From assembly GCA_002633005.1 (NCBI GenBank), contig NMRA01000347.1, forward strand, positions 124,001 to 188,000: a DNA stretch of 64,000 bases. The letters are read 5' to 3'. The notes under the pieces were generated by a model. The model saw only the letters and a program-made list of their open reading frames with translations, searched no databases and was not told where the DNA came from. This stretch comes from Phoronis australis (Eukaryota > Animalia > Phoronida). Of this stretch, positions 40,701 to 52,700 are shown one piece after another (the stretch's first letter is position 1; each line of letters starts with the position of its first letter). The position numbers and the translations under genes are program-made.

Positions 40701-43700
40701 CATGACTTTTGGTTAGTGTGTTATTTTAAGCCGCAGACAAATGGAAGTTGTCTTCTAATTTTGTTTTTTCTATACCCGAGAGTGAAATAATGCAAAAGTA
40801 GGGCAGAGTTCAGTAATGGTCAGACCTATGCTAGGACCTCGCAAAGAGCAATATTTCGGGAGATAATACATTATTTCTGCATATTTTAAATGAGAACATG
40901 TATTATGTGCTTTTGGCTAGATTTTTGTAGCCACGAGACAGCTACTGAACTTGTGCTTCTAACACTCTCGTATGTGGCACTTAGTTTATAAGGAAACCAG
41001 TTGGTGACATTCCACTGTCTGGTGGCTTCGTGATTAAAGTCAGTGGGTTTGAATACAATATTTTAAAGTTTTCCGAGTTTCTGAAGGGAATCATGGATTA
41101 TACAGTGGTTAATTTTTTGACCTGATGAAGGGGGAATTTTGTGTGGTTTTTAAAATATTTTTAGAGGGGTAGAATGGGGCCGATATTTGACTTTAGTTTT
41201 GAGGGATCAAGAGCCCTGGCAGTTTCTGACTGCTACCCACTCGTCTTAGTCAGTCCTACAGATCAGTATTACAAAACCAGTTTCTGACTGCTACCCACTC
41301 GTCTTAGTCAGTCCTACAGATCAGTATTACAAAACCAGTTCTTCCCATCTCATTAACTCACTAAATCTCCATTTTTAATTGTTACAGCTAATAGTCTTTG
41401 CAGTCAAGACTCCTACATAATACAAATTGTATGCATTTCAACTCACATTTTCTGATATGTTTAATCGTTAGTACAAAACTTTACTGGTTTGAGCTCTTGT
41501 GTAATATGCTCTGTAATCTTCATGTAATATGCTCTGTAATCTTCGTGTAATGTGATCTGTAATCTTCATGTAATATGTTTAACGTTCTTGTAATATATCT
41601 TGATGGCTCAATGTATTGCAGATCATCTTGGATCTGTCGAACCGAACTGATGTCAGTGTTAGCCGTATCTTGCCAGATAACGCCGTGGGTTTGCCACCAG
41701 CCGGGGGCTTGCCAGCATTGTACATCTTGAATAAGGCTTCAGGCCAGTTCACTCTCAAGTCAAGGTCAGTGCTGTGGTAAACATTCCCCAGTTTGGGACA
41801 GTGATAAATTGATTATTTCGCTCAACATCGGAGGTTGTCCTAAATTCTACAAGTAAACAATATTGGGCATCCCAAATCCTAGATTGTAGATTGAAAATGT
41901 ATTGCCCTTTATTTGAGATGTAGGATGATCCCCAAGTCGCACGTGTCCCTAATTCCAGAATGAATAAAATTAAATTTTTGTGGGACTTTCAGTGTCCGAA
42001 ATTCTAGAGACTACCCCAAATTGGAGAACTTTTTACCCTAGTTCTGCAGCCATGTTAAGTTCACACCACCCTGAGTCATGACAATTTACGTTTCATGCCT
42101 TGAAGATAAACGACAATATTCAAATGGTATAGTATAGCCTTTGTTATATGGGCCATGTAGGCGTGACTGTGTCGGGCACTTCACTACCTACTTTCAAACT
42201 GCAACATGTGATCAATTCATTTCCAGTAATATCCAAAATCGAACAGCTGCCACTAAATTGCTGCAGGGGCTTGTGGGATATGTGCCCAAGGCAGAGACAC
42301 CTGTTGTGGTTTTACAGAACAAATTAACTGCCAGGCCTACTAACAGGTAAGTTAGAATTAGACATTGATTCGCAGTGCATAGAGAAGATAGTTTGAGAAA
42401 ATTATGTTTCTTAACACCATGGCTACTATGGCATTGGATGTTATCTGCTTTGCGCGTTGGTGAGGAATTGCATTAGATCTTCTGTACTTTCTGCACCACA
42501 GTTAGGAATAGTATAAGCCTCATTTCATGAGAGTAAATGACCTATTTTGATTTTCTCTTTTTTCAGCTGAACTAGACGAATTGCAGCTTTAAGCGTGTAT
42601 AATTTATGAGATTAAAAACAGTGAACACCTCATAATTGTATGAATTAATTGAACTAAGAAAATTTTCATGCCAAAGAACATTTACTTCAATTTTTAAAAT
42701 GCACTTAATTTATAGATGGAGAATTAACGCTGTTGGTGTTCCAAACTGTATAGAATCTAACTAGACTACCTTGATAGTCGTGCTGTAATTTTTCCATTTA
42801 ACTTAAAAAATTAGACGTTTCAATTTTTGAGAAAAGCAAAATAATATAACATTAAATAAAGGCCTGGGTTAACAGTGGCTAACTGTACAGTGTTTCTCTG
42901 GAGAGGTCACCACTGTCAAGTACTGCTAACTGTACAGTGTTTCAGACCTGTTGGCAAGGTGTACATGAAAGATTTGTAGTCTGTACTTCGTTTGGCCATT
43001 CACTAATTTATAAGAGGTTACCACTGTCAAGTACTGTTAACTGTACTGTGTTTCAGACCTGTGAGCAAGGTCTACATGAAAGATTTAGAATCTGCACTTC
43101 TTTGGTCATTCACTAAAGAGGTCGCCGCCGCCAAATACATCACTGCTGCCAAGTTGGATGCACTGAAAAAGTATGCAGCCGTCTTGAGCAAGGTGAGCAT
43201 GGGACTTGTTGGCTCATCTATGGAGTAAGGCTTGCCCATTGGCAGCGGAGTGTTGGGTGTTTTTTTTCTTCTTCAAGTATTAGCATTGGCATACCCCCAG
43301 GAATTGGTTTGCATTAAATACAAGTTCTCACTCTCTTCATTGCATACATGCACTATTAAGACCCCGAGCTTATAGGCGTGAAACACTTTTTGTGCTGTGC
43401 TCGAATGTCTTCCATTAAATATAAAGCCGGGATTGGAACCCAGGTCTCCCAAGTGAGAGTCCGCAGTTCAGTCAACATGGCCACACTGCTAAGAGTGTTG
43501 TGTGGGCTAAACTGACACTTGGTCATTTCTTGTCACTTTCTGGGCATTTTCACGTTGCATAATTTTTTATATTTTTTCGTTGTTTGTATGCGCACTACAG
43601 GTTGCATTGCTTGTCCGATCAACATGAAATTTCACACACAGCATGTGCCTCGTTAATAGCTTGAACCCTATTGTTTTTTGTTGAAACCTGAGTGAAGGTG

Positions 43701-46700
43701 ATGGAAGTCATAAACAAAATAGAACTACACCGTTGTCCTATGGGGGGAGTTGTTACCCTGTCTGAGGCAGCTTTCATTTTCAACATGACAAGTTTTATTG
43801 CATCCAAAGGGAGTGTCAGCAGCTGCGCCCCCTTGTGTGAAGTACGTGCACTGTCCGTGTTTCTTTTCCAGTATTTCCCCGGGGATCACAGGGTCATGAC
43901 TGCACTCAGTGAGATTAATGATTGGATCAGCAAGAAGACAGCGTTAAATGGGGAACAGTTTGCTAAACTCATCAAGCAGGTTCAGGTAGGTCATGGCCAC
44001 TAGGTAGCGCTGTCACTTTGAAATCCACTATTCTATATACACTACACTCTAAAAGTGTTCTGAAATATTACTTGGCATTCTTCGTCATGATGTCTGTGAA
44101 GCTGGATTGATTTTCCAGCCTTCATGTTGGAGAGAATACAGGGAAATTAACAGCCAGGGCAAGTTAGTAATTTGGCTAGTGATTTAAACTAATATTTTGT
44201 AAGAATTTTGCTGTCAAAATTGTTTTAACCAGCATTTTTTACCGTGACTATATGGAAACAGTAATTTATCTTATTACCTTTACTGTGTTCTGTAGGTGGA
44301 TGCATGCCAATACCTCTGTCTGACCCAGGTTTAAATATTTGAAGCACGCTCCACATCATGGTCGCACAATGATGCCTTGCGATTGCTTAATGCTGACGTG
44401 AATGCGCATCAAAATTGTGCTGCAACCCAGCATTATTTTTTCTTAATTAATCCTCAATGCATTCACATTCTAACCCAAGGAGAATGCAGAGAAGCTGATC
44501 AAAATTAACATGCCAGTAATGAAAACAAAAGAGTTTGAAGCCTATCTTGAACGATAACACCTGTAAATTTGGTTCCTACAGTAGGTTAACCCTTATCCTG
44601 CGCTAGGGGAGGTCAGCCGACATGCCAATTACCCCATTACAATGTGTTGGGTGTACTCAATCAACTTTAGGAGAGTGCACTCACCCCAGGACACTCGTAA
44701 TTTTCATTCAGAAATTGTTTGAGCCCTGGAATGTTGTTTACATATGTGACCATGAGCATTCCATACTTCACTGTTTCCTCTACAGTTCTCCAATTTAAAC
44801 CGTATGGCTGTGATTACTAGTTTGGGAGATATTGGCAGGTTTGTGTAAGTGTAGACACTATAAGTTTCATTATATGGCTGGAGCCATACGGGAGAGGATG
44901 ACAGTGAATCAGTTTACTTTCACCAAGGCTATGAGAAAGACTTGCACGTTGTGAAAATCTCCATTAAATTCTGCACAAGTTTTTCATTGACTTCTTGTCT
45001 GTTTATTTAATATTTCCCCTTCAAATTTCCAATTTAAAATTGTTAGGTCATTAGTCTGGGTGACTTCCACAACAGCTTAGTGTACAGCAGTAGCGGTGAC
45101 CTACTTAGCTCAGCACACAGGGAAAGTAGTCTGAATAGAGGCTCAGCAGGATAAGGGTTAAGAGCATCACTCTGAGCCCACTACTGTCATAAATTGCCAA
45201 ATGTAATGAAGTGTTAGGCATGTAGGCTTGCTTTTGTCTACCTCATGGCGAGAATCACCTTGTAATTCAAACAGCTTCGAATAACACCCGTACTCAATGG
45301 TGTTCTATTCAGACCCCTATTCAATACAACCTTTTGTTCTTTGTGCCGGGATCTCGCGGGGACGCAACATGGCACAAAAAGGCAGCTTCATTTATCATTT
45401 GACGGGCTTTTGCCATTTTCTTATTTTACTAAGGCTTTGCTAGGACTATCTGGTTAGCCCAATACATCTAAAATAACAAAATTCCATTAGAGTTAGTGCT
45501 TTAAGCATGTAATCTATTGCATGGTTTAAGATGCAGATTCAACTGTAGCCTGTTTGGTTAAAATTAAACAGACTTGCCCATTAAGAGCTCTCAGTTCTCG
45601 TGCAATCTTGCTTTTTCTTAAGCAGGATCTACCGTCTGTTTTTCTTTCTCAAGCTAAACTTCAGTATCAGATTATGTTAGCTACTTTTGGTCTAAGTCTC
45701 AGGTCATCAGCAACATTTCCTGTTGGTGAGGTCAACTGCGCATACCATAAAAACTAGAGCATCCCCCGGGTCATCATTATCTCTGTTTTGTTTTATCTTC
45801 AACATAAGTCTAAGTCAACAAAGTCGATCAAGTGAACGTGTCCTTAATAAACTGTATCTTGTGAGCTGCTTTTGGTGTAAGAGCACCATACATTATCTTT
45901 CTTTTATTTTATCTTCAACATAAGTCTAAGTCATCAAAGTCAATCAAGTGAACGTGTCCTTAATAAACTGTATCTTGTGAGCTGCTGTTGGTGTAATAGC
46001 ACCATACAAACCAAGTTGTCTCAATGTCTGGATTGTAATTGTCACAATTGGCCCAAACTGTCTGCGTGTGACAATTTGACGCAAACTGTCTGCTTGTGGC
46101 GCTTTTTACCAAACTGTCTGTTGTGTGTGATGATTTGACCCAAACTGTGCTTGTGGCAAATTTTACCAAACTGTCTACGTGTAACGATTCGTCCCAAACT
46201 GTCTGTTTGTGACAATTTGGCCTCTACTGTTGGAAAGAGCATTGCTTATACTCAAAGTCAATCATTGAATAGCCTATCTCTAGAACAAAGCTATCTCCGA
46301 ATTTTTCTTGCTACGAATAGAGAGGTGGCAGCATTGATATGTTAATTAAAATATTACGTCATTTTTGACACTTTCCTGTGCTTTAAATGATTCTTAAAGA
46401 ATCATTTCCTGTTGTAATATGGAAAGGGTTGAAGCATCTTTAGGGGTTAATCAACCTATTTGTTTTAAGCAAGGAGAGCACAGTCAACCACCATTTTGTA
46501 ACTGTAATTTGTCCAATCAAATATTTGTTGTTGTTGTCAGAAGGCAGTTTTACCATAGTCTTAAAAAATTGTTTTGAACAAATGTCAAGTAATATAAAAA
46601 TTCGTTTTTTATTTTAATTTTCCATTTGTGCGAAACATTTGCTCTTTGTACTCTAAAATCAAGTGAACTGAATAACACACAAGTTGACAGATGTAGTTTT

Positions 46701-49700
46701 ATTACAAGACTGGGAAGTCAAGATTTCTAGGCTCGTGCCAAAGATGACTACACAGAAAACGTGCAAAAATCTAAATTATTTTTCAAATTTCTCATTGCTA
46801 TAACTAAGTTTTCGCTTTATTCATCAAGTATCCTGTTGCCACGGGCAACTGCCATGTTGCAATGTGACTGTTATGAATTCCGATCACCTTAAAAGCTGAG
46901 TTGTGTGCTATTTATACAAGCTCTAATTCACAGATGAATCCTTTGCTCGTGTAGCAGGGAGCGTCGTGCCATTTGTAGTTCTGCGCTGCGTGCATCATGA
47001 TGCAGTCTTCATCCACGTGTCGAAAGTTATTTGGCTCACCTGCAGTAGAAGAACCAGTGTTCATTACCAAACCATCGCTATTACCCTCTACTGACAATGA
47101 CAGTTAATATCATCCTATAATCTGATCGGGCCTGTTAACATCAGGTAGAACGTACTTTAAGAACAAAAATATGTAGGGGACACAGCTGTACAAACACGTC
47201 AGCCATGCTTAGTTGAATGCTCTCATTTTTTTGAGAAATTAGATCAAATGAAATGTTACCATTCAATCATACTCTGCTCTCTATGAAATATTGGAAGCTT
47301 TACTATATTGTGAGCTGTGGCTAGTCAGGTATTACGTCCGCATTGTAGCACTTGTCAAGCACAAAGTTTGAAATGTTCGGAACTCCCTTATTCACAAATT
47401 GACAATATTCACAATAATCACAGAAAATACCAGACACGGTTTTTGAGCATTTTTGTCAAAGTTTTAATCCAGAAAATTTGGTGAATGCTGGTATCAGGAC
47501 TTTCTTCATTATTATCATCATACGTTTCAAAAAACAACATTTTTGCCTAAAATGCATGGTCACGAGAATGGCGCAGTGCTGTGAATGACATTAATAGATT
47601 TGTCTAGATTCGTCGTTTCAGAAAAGATATAGTTTATGAATTGGCAATAGCTAGTGTTTTAGGTATTTTGTGAAAAAAGACAACACACTCACCTATTTGC
47701 CAGTTTGTATATTTGATTACCGCACCTGAGGACTGCCACCGCCACACTCCCTCTTTTATTCTTTCAGTGCCACCTATCCACAGTTCAGCACGTGGCCCAG
47801 CGTTTTTACGCGCCAATTTCTTCACGAAATCATTTTCGCTTGCTGAATTTATGGCTAGTAGATGAGCTCCTTCATCGTGTTTGCACTGGGTCAGTCCTAG
47901 CTGGAATGTCAGGGCTGGCTTTGCATAAACCTTATAGCAGGAGCTTTTAAACTGTTCATATCCACTGGGGCATTGTTTCTTTGTTGTCGGCTTCAGGGTG
48001 GTGGTGGTCGTGGTCGCCTTTCTTGCAGAATGGAGAGACGATATGATGTCTTGTGTTTTGCGACAACATTTGTCTTGCTGCTGTGTATATAAGTCTATAG
48101 CCTGTTTGTATTGGTTGATGAGAGATGCTGTCGCAGACATCTTGTTTTTCACTGTTTCAACGCCTAGTGTCATTTGTGTCATCCCTGATTGTAAAGCTTT
48201 TATTTTGGGGTTTACAGTTGACAGCTGTGTTTCAACTGCAGTTATACTTGCAGTAACCAACTGTGTGTTACCTTGTATGGCGTTTAGTTGCTTGCCCATC
48301 GATGACGTCTCGGCCTGAACAGACTTTATCCCCGCTTTTATCGGCTTCGTCTCAGCTTGAAGCGATGTTGATAAGGCCGCCAATTTCGAAGTCGTCTCTG
48401 AACTCGCCATTTGGATTTCCTTTCTCACCAGTGCCACCTCTGACTGCGTCGCTTTCATTTCCGTTCTCAGCGAAGACGTTTCAGTTTGCATCGCCTTCAA
48501 CTCGGTGTCCAGCAGTTTTTCCATTGCGCTTATCTGGACCTTCTGCAAATTGAACTGTTCAGTCAGTTGAGTCTGGAATCCCTGGAGTTGCATCTGAAGC
48601 CTCTTCAGTTGATTTTCAACATCGACTTGATTCACTGTAGCCGCCCTGCTATGGTGGACTAACACCAGCATAAAGACAAGCCCCACTATTCTCTTCATCA
48701 TTTCCATGATCTAGTCAACTTCAGGCCTGAATTACTTGATGTCATTGATGTAAAGTGTTTTTTCTTTAAATACCTGGCTGGTTATCTTCACCTTGATTGA
48801 TCGTGCTTCATTTTGACACATTTTGTTTGTAAATGAGTTTTGCTCATTTAATCCTCTGTCTTATCAGTGTGAGAGCCACTCTTGAATCATGATACTTGTG
48901 GAAGCATTTTTTTGATTTCTTTTGAGGATGGGCTGACACATGTGAAATGATCATTTTTGGTTTCTTTTTGAAAAAAGAAGAAAAAAACCTGGATTTAAAT
49001 GTTTTATTTGAGGTTAGTTTTAGGACTTTTCTAATTTTTTGCCTATTCTGACTTGCAGCGCCCCTTAGTGGTCAAGTTGTTTATTTAGTGAACAAACCCT
49101 ATTTCTGACATGAAACTAATAAGCATCTGTGTTGATTCACTGTAGCTACGTGTATGTACCAAAGATTTGTGCTGTACTCATTGTTATGTAGGTTGCTGCA
49201 ATACAGATTTGAGATTTTCCAACATGATTACAATTTTAGTCTAAAATCCATCACGTTCGCATTCTGTAGTCATAGATTATAGTTTTTTTTTTGTTATTTT
49301 TATTGTCTTAACAAGCCTAGGGTATCCTCATAAGTCCTGAGAAGTGCTTTGCATGAGGGCCCTCAGCACATTCACATCACATTTTTTTTCTTTCAATTCA
49401 TAAAGTCATTGTCTAACACCAGGAAGCAGTTCACAAGTAGTGCAATGGACACCAAAATCAAAACGACTGTTGTTCATGACTTCTTCCGATTATTTCTCTG
49501 AAAGCTTAGTCACTCCAATGCATTTGATAGAGTGACACACTACAGGCAGCACATTTGATAGAGTGACACACTACAGGCATGTTGGGGACTACCCGGGCTG
49601 TGTGAAATTTCTGGGTCTAACGGAGACACTGACGCAGTGGTCAGTCAGATCGCTGTATCAAGACTATTGTCAAAATCCAAATTCGTTTTATCGTGTCCCT

Positions 49701-52700
49701 GTCAATAATAACGGCATGTTAAAGCCTTCTTAATTTTCGTACTTCAGGAACATAACAATCACGTGTTTTGTACACATACGCGCACGCCGCAGATCACATC
49801 TCGGAAATTGCCGATTTGACGGATGACAATGAATGAACACAATGAAATTAACAACGTCGTTTTACAGCTTGTAAGATTCATAATAAAAGTATTTTGAATA
49901 TTGCAATGCATGTGTTCCAAAATCTAAATAACTTGGGTCCTATATTTTTGTATTAGTGCGCGCCGAATGAAAGTAATCGTGAGTGTTGCTGTGTTGCAAA
50001 ATCTCTTATCCTGGGCCGATTTGAAAAATTCAAAGTTGTACTCATATTTGTTTTCGCTCCTCTTTTCAAATATTACAGTAAAAACTACGTAAAACTCTCA
50101 CCATAAAAAGTACAGTCTGCTAGCTAGATTGTAATCAGCTGATCATATCCGCATGAGCGAAGCCAATTATCCTCGCTCGTGACTCGATGACTAGAGCAGC
50201 CTGGCGGCATCCCTTTGATCGTGAGCCGAGTGCGACTCAGCCAAGGTGGATAAATACGGTCTAGTTCAATTTTCCATACCCCGCCGTTTACCTTAACCAC
50301 TGGGGTTAGAACCAATTTTATTTAGTGGGAATGTTCATAGCATGGACACACTACAGGCAGCACATTTGATGGAGTGACACACTACAGGCAGCACATTTGA
50401 TGGAGTGACACACTACAGGCAGCACATTTGATGGAGTGACACACTACAGGCAGCACATTTGATGGAGTGACACACTACAGGCAGCACATTTGATAGAGTG
50501 ACACACTACAGGCAGCACATTTGATAGAGTGACACACTACAGGCAGCACATTTGATAGAGTGACACACTACAGGCAGCACATTTGATAGAGTGACACACT
50601 ACAAGCTGTACATTTGTTTTCAGGGCCGTCATCACGCATTTCCATCGACGGTTAAATGGCGAGGGTGCAAGGGCAGCTCTGAGAAGTACCGTGGGTATCC
50701 CTGTAGTGTTTGGGTCTTGTTTCACACACTCACTGTGAACTCTGTCCTCACCCATGGTCAAGGTAAGCATTGTTGTTAAAATTAAAAAGTTAAAGGGGTC
50801 ATCTAGATCTAGGTCAAATTTCAGTGGTGTCTCTGGATCTGGGCTATATCTCGAGGGCCAGTGCCGCCATGAATTCGAAAATCATGTGATGTCATTTTTG
50901 ATTTTTTATAAGTGCTCGTGAAATTGAACAGGAAATGGCGGTAGGTCCTGTGGAAAGGTACAAAATTTACTGATGGTATACGTGACAAAATTATTATCAT
51001 TATCATTGTTGTTATACTTCTGTGTTCTTCTACAAGATCTACTTTCATTTGCTGTAGTGTTGCATTTGTCAGGCATGTATATAGAAATATATAAAATGCT
51101 GTCTAGCATTTGGATGTTGTGAGCATCAAAAATTAGGACAGTGTGGTGGGGCGCACGTCAAATAACTTCCATTTGAATTTTAATTTTTTATTTTGCATGA
51201 AGTATCTTGTATCTGCCCTATTCTGCTGTCCTGATGGTCATCTGCCGTTACGTTGTCGTTATTTTTTTTCGTAATCATCAGCCTATTTGGGCATTGCTAC
51301 TTCCAGACTCCCAGTTTGACTCCTCCGAGGTCCTTGTTGCTATGCGCGAGTATGTGCGCCATTTCTTCGGCTGTCGCGAGTGCGCCGACCACTTCACGCA
51401 GGCCTCGGCCAAGCTGGAGCAGGAGATTGTCTCCCCTGATGACTCCATCCTCTACCTGTGGCGGTCACACAACCGCGCCAACTTTCACCTGAAAGGCGAC
51501 GCCACCGAGGATCCGGCTCACCCTAAGATTCAGTTCCCATCCCTCAAAGACTGCCCTAGCTGTCACAGTGGGGGTGGGTTCAACGAGTCGCAGGTGCTTG
51601 TGTTCTTGAAGGCACTCTATGGACGGAACAGTATTGTTCTGGAGGCAGACGTGAAGAGCAGGTACGAAATTATGGATGTTTTTCGAAATAGCTGCACCAC
51701 ACTAAAATTCAGTATCCCGCCAGATGGCGATCAGGTCTTTGGTGGACAGGTGTTCAGCGCCACCTATAGATACCGTGTAATACGGACAGGAGGTTTTCAA
51801 CCTACTGATATCAACAGCATTTTAAAATCTCTCCTGCAATGATGATGTCAGCAAATTTCCACTTCACTGTGGTGGGCTCTACTTATAGCTTATGGATTAA
51901 GGCAAACCTCTTGAAATATCAATGGAAATCTCACTGCGAAGATGTATGCACGCCAAAGCCAATTCGGGACAATTTTGATCCCCACCCATGTCAAAAGCTA
52001 GAGAAATTGGTGAACTTTAACTAATCAAACAATAGGAGGGCGTTTACAGTGGGATTTATCGTCTGTTTTTAATTTAATGAACCACTATGTAGTAATTGAA
52101 TTTCTGACCACGGAATCTGAGCTATGGTCAAGGGAAGTCACTTTCTCGCTCTCATTACCCTAGAGAGCACCAATATAACAATCCCTTAGTATGGTACATG
52201 GTTATTTGTTGACTGGGTAATGTTGATTGTTGGCCAGTTGAAACTTTCATAAGAAAATGCATCAGTATTGATAATGTTGTTGTCGCCTTCACTACTAACA
52301 TTATGTGTTTATATAAATAAGTCTCTCAGTCTTAACAGCTCGGCAAACTCAATGAAATCTCGTTGACACAGACTGAACAACATCAGTGCCTACCATTTTT
52401 AATTCTCACTTGGAAATGTCACTATTTACTATGTGCGATAAATTGGGCAATTAACATCCTCGAAATAATTAACAAAATATTTTTAAAAATTGAGTTTTGA
52501 ATTATTGCATCCCTGGTTTCCTGTTGTGGCTTTCAAGTTGTTTCCTGTGTTGACATGATCAGCATCACTAATCCTTCTCCTGAGGCTTCATTATTTTTCA
52601 TCTCCTTTGTATCTTTCATCTTTGACTGTTCAGTGGTGCCATGTGACAATCAAATTCATTGATTTCTCTGTCGTTTCAGCGCCACCTATGAGACCACTTC

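Noticed and set aside
20684-50603. Three tandem repeats sharing a 31-bp period
   Set aside because: The unit sequences are unrelated, so this is likely coincidence.
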